This document shows, in pieces, positions 1 to 9,123 of a stretch of DNA of 64,000 nt. Within the stretch, counting starts at the first letter, position 1, and every line of letters starts with the position of its first letter. A program made the position numbers and the translations under genes. Below the pieces are notes generated by a model, which worked only from the letters and a program-made list of their open reading frames with translations, searched no databases and was not told where the DNA came from. This DNA is from Polyangiaceae bacterium (GTDB lineage Bacteria; Myxococcota_A; Polyangia; Polyangiales; Polyangiaceae): the NCBI GenBank assembly GCA_049521295.1, contig JBEKOY010000008.1:15403-79402 (forward strand). The letters run 5' to 3'.

Positions 1-1080
1 CGCCCTCTTCGCGAGCTCGATCGGCTGTTCCTCGGATTCGATGTCGTCGTCGACGACGTCTTCGTACGTCTCCTCGACGGCGGCTCCACCATCGTCGACG
101 CATTCCCCCTCTTGCCACGCCGTTCGAGCGAGTGATCCGTTCGCCGCGCGGGCGGGGGTCTCGAGTGCAAGCTGTTGGACGACTTCGTCGTTCGGAGCGA
201 GCTTCTGCAACTTCGAAATGAGCTCGCGAAAGAGGTCGGTTTTGCCCGATTCCCGTGCAATGCGCGCCATCTCCTTGTGGACTTCGATGGCCTTGGCGGC
301 CTGACCGATGTTCGTGAAGGCCCGCGCGAGCAGTTCCAGCGTGTCAATGTCACGTGGATTGGCCTGGAAGCAAATCTGCAGCTTCGCGAGAGCGTGCAGC
401 CCGTCGTTTGGGTTGCCGCGCGCCAAGTACAGCTCCGCGGCCAGCCGGGCATGCGACGGATCGGCATTCAGCTGCAGCATTCGCTCGGTCACGCGCAGAG
501 CGTCGTCGCGTCGCTCGAGCCGCATCAACTGTCCCGTGGCGATCCCGAACTCGGCAATGGCTTCGTCGATGCTCTTTGCGTGCGACAAGGCCTCGGCAAG
601 ACGCAAATGCGACAGGGGGTTGGTCGGATCGAGTTCGACGATTCGACGGAACACTTCGATGGCGTCCTGCTCGCGGCTCTGGCGCTGCAGATGCGTCGCC
701 ATTTCGTCGAGTGCTGCAAGCGCATCGCTTGTCAGCCCGAGCTGCTGATACAAGTCTGCGAGCTGCGGTGTGACGTGGGCGTATTTGTCCTCGAGCTGCG
801 GAACGTATTTCGTTATGATTTCACGAATTTGCTTGAATACGGCAACCGCTTTGAGCGAGAAGCCCTGGCTCGCATAAAACTTCCCCACACGCTCGTAGGT
901 GGCGATGGCGTCGGCGTACGCCTCCATCTTGGATTGGAGGTCGCCCAGCTTCAGGAGGGTCCGCGCATCGCTTGGATCTTCCTGGAGGATTTTTTGGTAC
1001 TCGATGGCCGCCCGATCGTACCGCCTCTTTTCGACGTACTTCTGGGCGGCGGCGAGTGTCTTCTCGCGGTCGATCGCCAC
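1..1080 (-). CDS. TPR-repeat protein, partial (C-terminus lies beyond the left window edge)
   Basis: Manual reverse-strand translation from GTG (1080..1078) is open to position 1: VAIDREKTLAAAQKYVEKRRYDRAAIEYQKILQEDPSDARTLLKLGDLQSKMEAYADAIATYERVGKFYASQGF... with repeated 34-aa TPR-like helices. Absent from the ORF track because it has no stop in the window. The listed 175..1200(+) ORF is its antisense shadow. Confidence 0.7.
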   Translation of the reverse strand, partial: MAIDREKTLAAAQKYVEKRRYDRAAIEYQKILQEDPSDARTLLKLGDLQSKMEAYADAIATYERVGKFYASQGFSLKAVAVFKQIREIITKYVPQLEDKYAHVTPQLADLYQQLGLTSDALAALDEMATHLQRQSREQDAIEVFRRIVELDPTNPLSHLRLAEALSHAKSIDEAIAEFGIATGQLMRLERRDDALRVTERMLQLNADPSHARLAAELYLARGNPNDGLHALAKLQICFQANPRDIDTLELLARAFTNIGQAAKAIEVHKEMARIARESGKTDLFRELISKLQKLAPNDEVVQQLALETPARAANGSLARTAWQEGECVDDGGAAVEETYEDVVDDDIESEEQPIELAKRA

Positions 1081-1281
1081 GTTTTACGACTGCTCCCTCC
1101 GGCTGCTGCCGCTCGCTCTGCGGCGCGCCATGCAGAGTACCTCGATTCGACTCCTGTGGCGCGATGTTTGGCGCCGATTGCGCGCTCCGGGTCAAAATAG
1201 CGCCAATGTAGGTGATGTATTGCGCCGGCCGCGCTCGACGACAGGTCGTGCCGTATCTAGGTTCGGGCGGTTAGGGAAACC

Positions 1282-2736
1282 ATGCCTACTCAGTCGGCGA
1301 AGTATAAGGCCCCGTTCGGAGCGGAAGGCTCAGCTGCGGTCGATTCGGCCCTGGCCGCGAAGCTGCTCGCAATTGCCCTCAGTCGTGGGGGCGACTACGC
1401 GGATCTGTTCTTCGAGTACCGAGCCGCGGGGGGGCTTGTTTTCGACGAGGGAATCCTGAAGACGGCATCGCGCGGCGTGTCGATGGGGCTTGGCGTTCGC
1501 GTCCAGCGAGGTGACGCGACCGGTTACGCGTACGTCGAGCAGCTCGACTGGGAAGCGATGAAGCGGGCTGCCGAGACCGCGGCGCAAATCGCCAGCGGCG
1601 GCGGTTCCACCGAAGCGACGCAGGCGCATTGGGTCGAAACAGCTCGGCGATACGACCTTGACCAGGTGAGTCTGGACGTTCCCGGCCTCGAGAAGCGACA
1701 GTTGCTCGAGCGGGCGGCGGCGGTTGCGCACGGCTTCGATCCCCGCATCGTCAAGGTCGAAGCGAGCCTGTCCGAAGAAATCCGGGAGATTCTGGTCGTT
1801 ACGAGCGATGGGTTGATGGTGCGCGACACTCAGCCGCTGCTGCGTTTCGGGGTGCGCGCGATCGCTGAGAGAAACGGCAAGCGCCAGGAGGGCTCGAGCG
1901 GCGGCGGAGGGCGCACGACCATCGGGTACTTCGAGGACAAGAGCCCCGAGTGGCACGGGCGGGAAGCGGCGCGGCAAGCGGTGACGATGCTGGACGCGGA
2001 GGACGCTCCGGCGGGACAAATGGAGGTCGTCCTCGCACCGGGCGATAGCGGCATCTTGCTGCACGAGGCGGTCGGCCACGGTCTCGAAGCAGACTTCAAT
2101 CGCAAGGGGACGAGCAACTATGCCGGCAAAGTGGGCGCGGCGGTTGCGAGTGAGCTCTGCACTGTGGTGGACGACGCGACGTTACTCCACAGCCGGGGTA
2201 CGATCAATGTCGACGACGAGGGACACGAGCCCCGACGTTCGGTGCTCATCGAGAATGGAACGCTGGTCGGGTACATGCACGACCGGCTGAGCGCAAAGCA
2301 CTACGGGCTCGCTCCGAGCGGCAACGGGCGTCGCGAGAGCTTCGCGTGCGCCCCGATGCCCCGGATGACCAATACGGTCCTGCTCGCCGGACCGCACGAC
2401 CCGGAGGAGATCCTCAAGACCGTGAAGCGAGGGGTCTACGCAAAAAAGTTCGGCGGCGGCCAGGTCGACATCGCGAACGGCGACTTCGTGTTTTCTCTCA
2501 CCGAGAGTTATCTGGTCGAGGACGGTAAGATCACGGCTCCCCTCAAGGGTGTGAATCTCATCGGAAACGGCCCCGACGTTCTGCGCCGGGTGACGATGCT
2601 CGGTCACGACGTCGAGTTGAGCGACGGGGTCTGGACGTGCGGCAAGGACGGCCAGAGCGTGCCGGTCGGCGTGGGGTGTCCGACCATAAAAATCTCATCG
2701 ATCACCGTCGGCGGTACTCGGGTGGGGCCGGCCTGA
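1282..2736 (+). CDS. tldD: TldD-family metalloprotease
   Basis: 484 aa. The HEAVGHGLEADF zinc motif and overall TldD/PmbA-like sequence are present. ATG at 1282. Confidence 0.9.
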   Translation: MPTQSAKYKAPFGAEGSAAVDSALAAKLLAIALSRGGDYADLFFEYRAAGGLVFDEGILKTASRGVSMGLGVRVQRGDATGYAYVEQLDWEAMKRAAETAAQIASGGGSTEATQAHWVETARRYDLDQVSLDVPGLEKRQLLERAAAVAHGFDPRIVKVEASLSEEIREILVVTSDGLMVRDTQPLLRFGVRAIAERNGKRQEGSSGGGGRTTIGYFEDKSPEWHGREAARQAVTMLDAEDAPAGQMEVVLAPGDSGILLHEAVGHGLEADFNRKGTSNYAGKVGAAVASELCTVVDDATLLHSRGTINVDDEGHEPRRSVLIENGTLVGYMHDRLSAKHYGLAPSGNGRRESFACAPMPRMTNTVLLAGPHDPEEILKTVKRGVYAKKFGGGQVDIANGDFVFSLTESYLVEDGKITAPLKGVNLIGNGPDVLRRVTMLGHDVELSDGVWTCGKDGQSVPVGVGCPTIKISSITVGGTRVGPA

Positions 2737-2861
2737 CGGCCTTTGCCGCCACGCCCTGGGCGGCCCCTGGTTCCCGGGTCGAGGCTCTCATCTCGTTCTT
2801 TCCGGACATCGCCATATGAATACTCGACTCAGGAGGGCATGCACGATATGGACCGGGGTCC

Positions 2862-3581
2862 GTGGGCAAGCCCGGGTCATTCGTGTTGGTCGTCGGTCAC
2901 CGAACGTTGGTCGACGGCCCCGAAGGAGCAGCTGCGCTGCTTCGTCAGCTCGGCTCCGAGGTGCGGACGCTCGATCTGTGGGACGACTTCGTCTCAATCG
3001 TCGAGCAAACGCGCTCGGGCGGTGACGTGCGCGCGATGGTGTTCGAAGCGGGCGAGCGCCCGGACTTGGCGGCCGCCGCGCTGCGAGCAGCGCGCAAGGT
3101 GCCCGAGCTCAGCGAGATACCGACCATCGTCACACTGCCCCCGCGTCAGATCACGGGGTACGACCCGGCGAGCGGATTCGACGACTTCATCGTCGTGCCG
3201 TGCGTCGCCGGTGAGCTTTACGCGCGAATTCGAGCGCTCGAATGGACGCGAAGCGAATTTGCCACCGAGGAGCGCCTGAAAATTGGTTCTCTGGTCGTCG
3301 ATCGGGCTGCGCACGAAGTGAGCGTCGACGGGCGGCGGGTAACCCTGACGGCGAAGGAATTCTCGCTGCTTGCCTTCCTGGCCGCGAATCGGGGTCGTGT
3401 ATTCTCCAGGGAAACACTGCTCGCGCGCGTTTGGGGGAGTCGCTACGAGGGCGGCGCGCGCACGGTCGACATTCACGTTCGCCGGCTGCGCGCCAAGCTC
3501 GGGGACGCATTGCCGCTCGAGACTCTTCGCGGCGCCGGGTACAAGCTGCGCGCGCCGAGCGACGCGGGAAAGTCCCGTTGA
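2862..3581 (+). CDS. OmpR/PhoB-family winged-helix transcriptional regulator with degenerate (pseudo-)receiver domain
   Basis: The C-terminal LTAKEFSLLAFLAANRGRVFSRETLLARVWG...VDIHVRRLRAKL...GAGYKL matches the trans_reg_C signature. The N-terminal receiver-like fold lacks the acidic pair (VVGHRT), has E at the phospho-acceptor position (MVFEAG), and has V in place of the conserved Lys (FIVVPC). Confidence 0.8.
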   Translation: MGKPGSFVLVVGHRTLVDGPEGAAALLRQLGSEVRTLDLWDDFVSIVEQTRSGGDVRAMVFEAGERPDLAAAALRAARKVPELSEIPTIVTLPPRQITGYDPASGFDDFIVVPCVAGELYARIRALEWTRSEFATEERLKIGSLVVDRAAHEVSVDGRRVTLTAKEFSLLAFLAANRGRVFSRETLLARVWGSRYEGGARTVDIHVRRLRAKLGDALPLETLRGAGYKLRAPSDAGKSR

Positions 3582-4690
3582 GCGCGGCTCGCGCGCTCGT
3601 CAGCATCGGCTGTCCTTGCGGAATCGGACCGGAGGTGAGCGTTGTGGCTGCGGCGGCCGAACGGCGCGTCCGCGTAGTCCTGGTCGGTGACGCCGGTGCC
3701 GTGCGCGCCGCGGCGTCCGGCCGTGGAATCGCCTTGTCGCGCGTCGTTCGCGTGTCGGGGCCGGCTGAAGGCTTCGGTCTGGCCCGGGACCATATCGCGG
3801 TCTGGCAGCCCACTCGTGCCCTGGCGTTGCGCGACCGGCGTCCCGGAGCGCCCACGCGCGTCTCCGGCCGTATGCAACTCGGCTGGATCGACGCCGCCTG
3901 CGACGCCGTGGCGGTGCAGGCGGCGGACGTGCTCGTGACGGGTCCGGTCAGCAAGGAGGCCATCGCCCGATCGGGCGCGGTCGGGGCGGCGGACTTCATC
4001 GGACATACCGAGCACCTGCAAAAAAGATTGCGCTCGCGCGAGGTCGTCATGGCCTTCTGGTCGCCGAGGATCGTGGCTGGCCTTGCGACGACGCACATTC
4101 CGCTGCGCCGCGTTTCCCGTGCCGTCACCCCGGCGCTGGTTGCGCGGGCGACGTATTGGCTCACCTGGTTCTTGGCCCAGCTCACGGGCCGCCGGCCCCG
4201 CGTTGCGGTGGCAGCGCTCAATCCTCACGGCGGGGAAGGGGGGCTGCTCGGTCGAGAGGAACGAGACAGCATCGTGCCGGGGATCGCTCGCGCGCGCGCG
4301 CGACTCGAAGCATCGCGGATTTCGGCGAGCATCGACGGGCCGGTGCCTGCGGAGAGTGCATTTCGCCTCGCGGCGGGCCAGCGATGGGACGGGGTCGTGG
4401 CGATGTACCATGATCAGGCGACCATTCCGATGAAGCTTTTGGGCTTCGGCGATGCGGTGAACGTGTCTTTGGGTTTGCCGATCGTCCGGACGAGCGTGGA
4501 TCACGGTACGGCCTACGATCGAGCGGGCCTGTGGACGGCGGATGCACGCGGCATGCGTGCAGCAATCGCCCTTGCCGGTCGGCTCGCGCGCATCGGCGGA
4601 AAAGACGTTCTAGTGAACACCCCAAACCGCCCAGGCGAGCCACCCGAGCATCGCGACGCTCAGGCCGAACGCGCTCAGCGTGATCGGTAG
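3578..4690 (+). CDS. pdxA: 4-hydroxythreonine-4-phosphate dehydrogenase (PdxA family)
   Basis: PdxA-like sequence from SIGCPCGIGPEV... through GHTEHL, NPHGGEGG and VRTSVDHGTA. Start re-set to TTG 3578, which overlaps the regulator stop (TTGA). The ORF-track start 3242 is an out-of-gene extension. Confidence 0.85.
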   Translation: MSAARALVSIGCPCGIGPEVSVVAAAAERRVRVVLVGDAGAVRAAASGRGIALSRVVRVSGPAEGFGLARDHIAVWQPTRALALRDRRPGAPTRVSGRMQLGWIDAACDAVAVQAADVLVTGPVSKEAIARSGAVGAADFIGHTEHLQKRLRSREVVMAFWSPRIVAGLATTHIPLRRVSRAVTPALVARATYWLTWFLAQLTGRRPRVAVAALNPHGGEGGLLGREERDSIVPGIARARARLEASRISASIDGPVPAESAFRLAAGQRWDGVVAMYHDQATIPMKLLGFGDAVNVSLGLPIVRTSVDHGTAYDRAGLWTADARGMRAAIALAGRLARIGGKDVLVNTPNRPGEPPEHRDAQAERAQRDR

Positions 4691-4948
4691 GGGCACCCTT
4701 ACCGGACGGGGCGTCCTCGTCGAAAGCAGCAAGTGGGTCGCGGCGACGACGATGGCATCGACCTTCTTTTTCGCGCCTCTACCCTTCTGAGGGTCGTCCA
4801 CGAGCGCGCGATATCTGCGGGCGATCTCGGGCAACGACTCCGTGTGGAGCGCGTGATCGAGCAACGCCCCGTGCGCCTTGTCCTCTTCCCATGCAGCGAG
4901 GACGCGCTGCCACAGGGCGTCGAGCACGGGGTCCGTGGAGTCAGCCAT
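4610..4948 (-). CDS. hypothetical protein with C-terminal transmembrane helix
   Basis: Starts MADSTDPVLDALWQRVLAAWEED... and ends in the hydrophobic ITLSAFGLSVAMLGWLAWAVWGV. Good GC3 bias. No family recognised. Its 3' end overlaps the pdxA tail convergently. Confidence 0.5.
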   Translation of the reverse strand: MADSTDPVLDALWQRVLAAWEEDKAHGALLDHALHTESLPEIARRYRALVDDPQKGRGAKKKVDAIVVAATHLLLSTRTPRPVRVPLPITLSAFGLSVAMLGWLAWAVWGVH

Positions 4949-5029
4949 CTCGACCGCGAGTGCGTTTGGCGCAGTGGGTCCGGGCGGCAACCTCGACGTG
5001 CGCTTCGATCACCTGCTCCACGACGGCCC

Positions 5030-5467
5030 TCATGGAAGGGCGATTCGCAGCTCGCGCGCAAGGCGCGCGACCGCCTCAAAATACGAGGATCGATCGTACG
5101 GCTCATTGAGAATGCAGAAGTCGCGGCCGGACAAGCCCACGCAACCGAAGCCGTATGTGCATTCGATGCAGCCAATGGACCGGACGAGGTAGGCGCTGGC
5201 GAGGCAACTTTCGCTTTCTACGCAGTGCTGGCAAGCCCAGCACGTTTGACAGCGTACGCAATGGGAACATTCCACGGAGTCGGTGCACGACGTGCAGTAG
5301 TGGCAACGTGCCAGTCCGGTCGAACCAACGCAGAACGTGCACTGGCTGCATCGCTCGCAGCGATCGCACGCATAACAGGTCGTATTGCGCCGCCGGGGGG
5401 CCCGCGCGACGAGCTCGGCCAACGCACCCTCGAACTGAGCGCCAGTGAGTGAACGGACGTCGCTCAT
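5030..5467 (-). CDS. cysteine-rich protein (CxxC/CxxCxxC repeats), unknown function
   Basis: 146 aa from ATG 5467 (MSDVRSLTGAQFEG...). About 27 Cys are arranged as CYACDRCERCSQCTFC...CHYCTSCTDSVECSHCVRCQTCWACQHC...CIEC. No signal peptide. Confidence 0.6.
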   Translation of the reverse strand: MSDVRSLTGAQFEGALAELVARAPRRRNTTCYACDRCERCSQCTFCVGSTGLARCHYCTSCTDSVECSHCVRCQTCWACQHCVESESCLASAYLVRSIGCIECTYGFGCVGLSGRDFCILNEPYDRSSYFEAVARLARELRIALP

Positions 5468-5587
5468 GCCGAGGGTCGACTTTTCTGACGTTCGAGCCCG
5501 GGAGGTCAAGACGCTCGCCTCGGATGAGCGGCTTTTTTGGCCCGCCCGCGCAATTGTGTGTACCAATGTGCGATACGGAGGCCATCG

Positions 5588-6460
5588 ATGCCCGGCTCGC
5601 AACCATTTTATGTCTCGCTCTCGTTCGCAGCAGCCCTCGCCTGCGTTCTGACTCCCGCGCTCGCGATCGCATCACCCGCTTCACCGACTCCGCCTCGAAC
5701 GGAGCGCGACGCCAGGGCCAAGCCCTGCGCGAAGGCTCCCGTCGAGGTCGTTGCGGGCGCCGACCACGCCACATTCCCGCTCGCAGCGTGTGATGGAGGG
5801 GCGCTGCGCTCGGGGGTTGACCAGTTTTCGATTCTCGCGAGGCCGGCAACGGCGGCCAAGCCAACCGAGCCACTCCTCGCGCTCGAAAAGAGCAAGGGGA
5901 CGGAGCTCGCCCCAGGCGTACGCCGCGTCGATTCGCGTCTGGTCGAGCGCCTGCAGCTCGTCGTGGATCACTTCGCCACGGAAAATCAGCCCGCTCGGGT
6001 GGTGCTTCTCTCCGGATATCGTCCGCGCGGATCCGGCAGCTATCACTCGACGGGCAGGGCCATCGACTTCCGAATCGAGGGCGTGAAAAACGACACGCTG
6101 GACGCCTTCTGCAAGACGCTGTCGGATACCGGCTGCGGCCTGTACCCCAACGACATTTTCGTTCACATGGATGTCCGAGATTCCGGCACCGGTCACGTGG
6201 CTTGGGTCGACACGAGCCGCCAGGCAGCCATCGTCCCGGAGCGCAATGTCACGGCCGGCGCGCCGCCGCCGCCGCCCATGGATCCACCCGTGGCTTCGGC
6301 GACTGCGCCCGGGCTGTCGATCGCGAGGCCTCTCGAGCCGACTGACGATGCGCACGCCGACGCGGTCAAAGAAAAGCTACCACCGCTCCCCGCGAAGGAG
6401 CGCCGGATCAGCCGGCGCAAGCGCCACAAGAAAACTCGTCTGGAAGGCCGATCGATTTAA
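5588..6460 (+). CDS. secreted DUF882 / peptidase M15A (YcbK-like) family protein
   Basis: Signal-peptide-like MPGSQPFYVSLSFAAALACVLTPALA. Motifs LLSGYRPRGSGSYHSTGRAIDF and VHMDVR match the H-x-D...H metal-ligand pattern of M15-type peptidases. Pro-rich basic tail. Confidence 0.75.
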   Translation: MPGSQPFYVSLSFAAALACVLTPALAIASPASPTPPRTERDARAKPCAKAPVEVVAGADHATFPLAACDGGALRSGVDQFSILARPATAAKPTEPLLALEKSKGTELAPGVRRVDSRLVERLQLVVDHFATENQPARVVLLSGYRPRGSGSYHSTGRAIDFRIEGVKNDTLDAFCKTLSDTGCGLYPNDIFVHMDVRDSGTGHVAWVDTSRQAAIVPERNVTAGAPPPPPMDPPVASATAPGLSIARPLEPTDDAHADAVKEKLPPLPAKERRISRRKRHKKTRLEGRSI

Positions 6461-6700
6461 TGCACTGCCAGTCGAGGTCGCGGCAAGCATCGTGGCGGGC
6501 GGTAGCACGAGCGAATTCGGGGGAGTGAATCGCGGTTTGGGCGGAGCAGCCCAAGGGACTCGTCGAGTACACCGCCGATCGCGAAGCGCGAACCATCCGC
6601 GCATCGACGGTTGGACGGTACCTCCACGCCGGTGCACTCGTCGGCTTTCGGCGCTTCGCCGACCCCGGGCGGGAGCGTCCCGCGGTCTTGCCAAAAGGCT

Positions 6701-7891
6701 TTAGCCCAGCGCGCAGAAGCCCTCGTAATCCACGTAGCCGGTGATGGTCGGCTGAGGGCCGCACACGGGGCAGGCCGGGTCCCGTCGCAGCCTAAGTTCT
6801 CTGAACTTCATCTTGAGACTGTCGTACGCGAGCAGGCGGCCGGCGAGTGTGGTGCCCCGACCCAGCACGATCTTGATCGCTTCGGTGGCCTGAAGAGTAC
6901 CCACGATTCCACATAGGATGCCCAGTACCCCGGCCTCCTGGCAGCTCGGTGCGAGGTGCGGGGGGGGCGGTTCCGGATACAGGCACCGGTAGCAAGGGCT
7001 CGGCGCCACGCCGAGCCGCTTCGCGGCCTTCTCTGGAATGAATGTCGTCACCTGGCCGTCGAAGCGAAAGATGCTTCCGTGAACGACGGGTTTGCCGAGC
7101 CAGACGCTCGCGTCGTTGACGAGATAACGCGTCGGAAAGTTGTCGGTCCCATCGATCACGATCTCGTAGTCGCGAAATAGGCGGTCGACATTGGCGCTTG
7201 TGAGTCGCTCCTTGTGAGCGACGACTTTGACGTCGGGGTTCAGATCGGCGATCGCTTTGGCCGCGCTGTCGACTTTTGGCGTTCCGACGCGACTCGTCGC
7301 ATGGACGATCTGCCGTTGCAGATTCGACGCGTCCACGACGTCGGCGTCGACGATTCCGATGGTTCCGACGCCCGCTGCCGCCAAGTACAGCGCGGCCGGG
7401 GAACCGAGGCCGCCCGCGCCCAGCAACAGCACCTTGCTATTCAGCAGGCGCGTCTGTCCAACCTCGCCGACCTCGGGCAAAAGAATGTGACGGGAGTACC
7501 GTTCTCGTTGCGCGTCGGTAAGCGCCGGCGGCACTTCGACCGGAAAACCGAGATCCTTCCACCGGACGAAACCGGGGTTCGCGGTCTCGACATTCGTGTA
7601 TCCAAGCTCCTGCAGGGTTGCCGCTGCGAGCGCCGAGCGCGTCCCACCGGCGCAGTATGCGACGATGGGTGCCGTCTTGTCGGGCAGCTTTTGTTCGGCT
7701 TGGATCTCGAGAAAGCCCCGCGGCAGAGAGACCGCCCCAGGGATGTAGCCGCCGCGCCACTCGTCTTTTTCCCGCACGTCGACCACGGTCAACCTGTCGC
7801 CGGCCTCGATCCGACGCTTGAGTTCTTCCAAGCTGACTTGTTTGACGCGCCTGCGAACGTCCGAAATGAGGTCGGTATAGGTGGTGGGCAT
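6701..7891 (-). CDS. rhodanese-domain / MoeB-ThiF-type E1-like adenylyltransferase fusion (rhodanese N-terminal)
   Basis: The N-terminal rhodanese carries the active-site loop YCAGGTRS. It is followed by RYSRHILLPEVG, the LLLGAGGLGSP nucleotide loop, DADVVDASNLQRQ, and the CxxC pairs CYRC and CPVC. Confidence 0.85.
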   Translation of the reverse strand: MPTTYTDLISDVRRRVKQVSLEELKRRIEAGDRLTVVDVREKDEWRGGYIPGAVSLPRGFLEIQAEQKLPDKTAPIVAYCAGGTRSALAAATLQELGYTNVETANPGFVRWKDLGFPVEVPPALTDAQRERYSRHILLPEVGEVGQTRLLNSKVLLLGAGGLGSPAALYLAAAGVGTIGIVDADVVDASNLQRQIVHATSRVGTPKVDSAAKAIADLNPDVKVVAHKERLTSANVDRLFRDYEIVIDGTDNFPTRYLVNDASVWLGKPVVHGSIFRFDGQVTTFIPEKAAKRLGVAPSPCYRCLYPEPPPPHLAPSCQEAGVLGILCGIVGTLQATEAIKIVLGRGTTLAGRLLAYDSLKMKFRELRLRRDPACPVCGPQPTITGYVDYEGFCALG

Positions 7892-7908
7892 CGGGCCTAC
7901 GCCACAAC

Positions 7909-9123
7909 TTAGCGACGATTGAAGACGCGTCTAGACGTCGTCTGGACGGGCAGTACTTCCGTCATCCGAGCCACGAGCTCGCCGCCGTCACGAGGTCGCT
8001 CACCGTTCGGGCGTGTGCAAGCCGCTGCGAGGGCTTGGAGCGACGACGTCGCGTCGCTTTCGGCGCCGACGCGAGCGAGGACCTCTTCGAGCAATCGGCC
8101 GAATCCGTAGACGTCGTCGCTTGGGTCGCTCACACGGCCAGCGCTTCGCTCTGGCGATACATACCCGGCACTTCCTGCGAGGCTTGGATCGCCCGCGCGC
8201 CTCGCGCTGCCGAAGTCCGTCAGAACGGAGGTGTCCGGCGGGAAAAGAAGCACATTGGCTGGCTTGACGTCGTGGTGAACCCAGCCGCGTGCATGCACTC
8301 GCGCGAGCGCCCGTGCGAGCGAAAGGGCCCACCGTTGCATCGGCGCGGGCAAGACCGCGTCACCTCTTGTCAGATGGGAGGCCAGGGCGCCAAGGGCGCA
8401 CCACGGCATGGCGAGCCAACCTTCGTCGATATCCACGTCGAAGATGCGCACGACCCCTTCACCCGCCAACGCCGTTGCGGCGGTTGCCTCGTGCGTGAGC
8501 TGAGCCGCGTCGCGAGTCGGGTGGTGGTAAAATTTGACGGCAAGGCGTCGATCCAGGTGGCGATCGAGCGCTTCGTACACGGTCCCGGTTCCTCCTCGAG
8601 CCACTTCTCGGAGCAGGCGAAAGGACGCGTGACCGCGCTTGCGTGCGCGTTCGCCCGGCACGGTGCCGTCGATCGGGAGTACGGCCGACTTCGCCCCGGC
8701 GTTATCCCATTCTCGCGGCGCCGGTGCGTTGACGGCCGCCGAGCCCCAGCGGTCGCGCCGCTCGCGCGCGCCCGGCCAATCGATGTCGCGAAAAAGAATT
8801 CGTTCTAAAAGCTGGGACGCTGCCGTGAACTCGCCGCCGAGTCTCAGGAGCTCCGCTCGCATCATGAGCCCCGGGGTGGACGCCGTCTTTGCGAGCGCCC
8901 GCGCCGCTGCATCCACTTCCCCGCGGTCGGCGAGCTCAGAGGCGACGGCCAAGAGCAGAGGCTCGGGAAGCGGTGCTCTCGCGTGGATTCGCAGAAGAAG
9001 ATCGATGGCTCGTCCTTGGTCCGGTGTCGTCCGCAGGTCGCGCAGGGCCCGCAGCGCTTCTTCCGTCGATGGCCCGCCGACCGTGCCGAGGAGTGACAGG
9101 CGCCCGAGCAGGTCTGACATCAT
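7909..9123 (-). CDS. Ser/Thr protein kinase with N-terminal helical domain
   Basis: Hanks motifs are present: GGTGTVY, AVKF, HHDVKPANVLL, TDFGSA and GYVSPE. Start re-set to ATG 9123 (MMSDLLGR), which overlaps the upstream FHA gene stop (ATGA). The ORF-track start 9369 is an extension. Confidence 0.85.
   Translation of the reverse strand: MMSDLLGRLSLLGTVGGPSTEEALRALRDLRTTPDQGRAIDLLLRIHARAPLPEPLLLAVASELADRGEVDAAARALAKTASTPGLMMRAELLRLGGEFTAASQLLERILFRDIDWPGARERRDRWGSAAVNAPAPREWDNAGAKSAVLPIDGTVPGERARKRGHASFRLLREVARGGTGTVYEALDRHLDRRLAVKFYHHPTRDAAQLTHEATAATALAGEGVVRIFDVDIDEGWLAMPWCALGALASHLTRGDAVLPAPMQRWALSLARALARVHARGWVHHDVKPANVLLFPPDTSVLTDFGSARRAGDPSLAGSAGYVSPERSAGRVSDPSDDVYGFGRLLEEVLARVGAESDATSSLQALAAACTRPNGERPRDGGELVARMTEVLPVQTTSRRVFNRR

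Noticed and set aside
175-1200. 341-aa plus-strand ORF
   Set aside because: It is antisense to a clean TPR-repeat reading frame (1..1080, minus), which shows proper repeat structure and codon bias.
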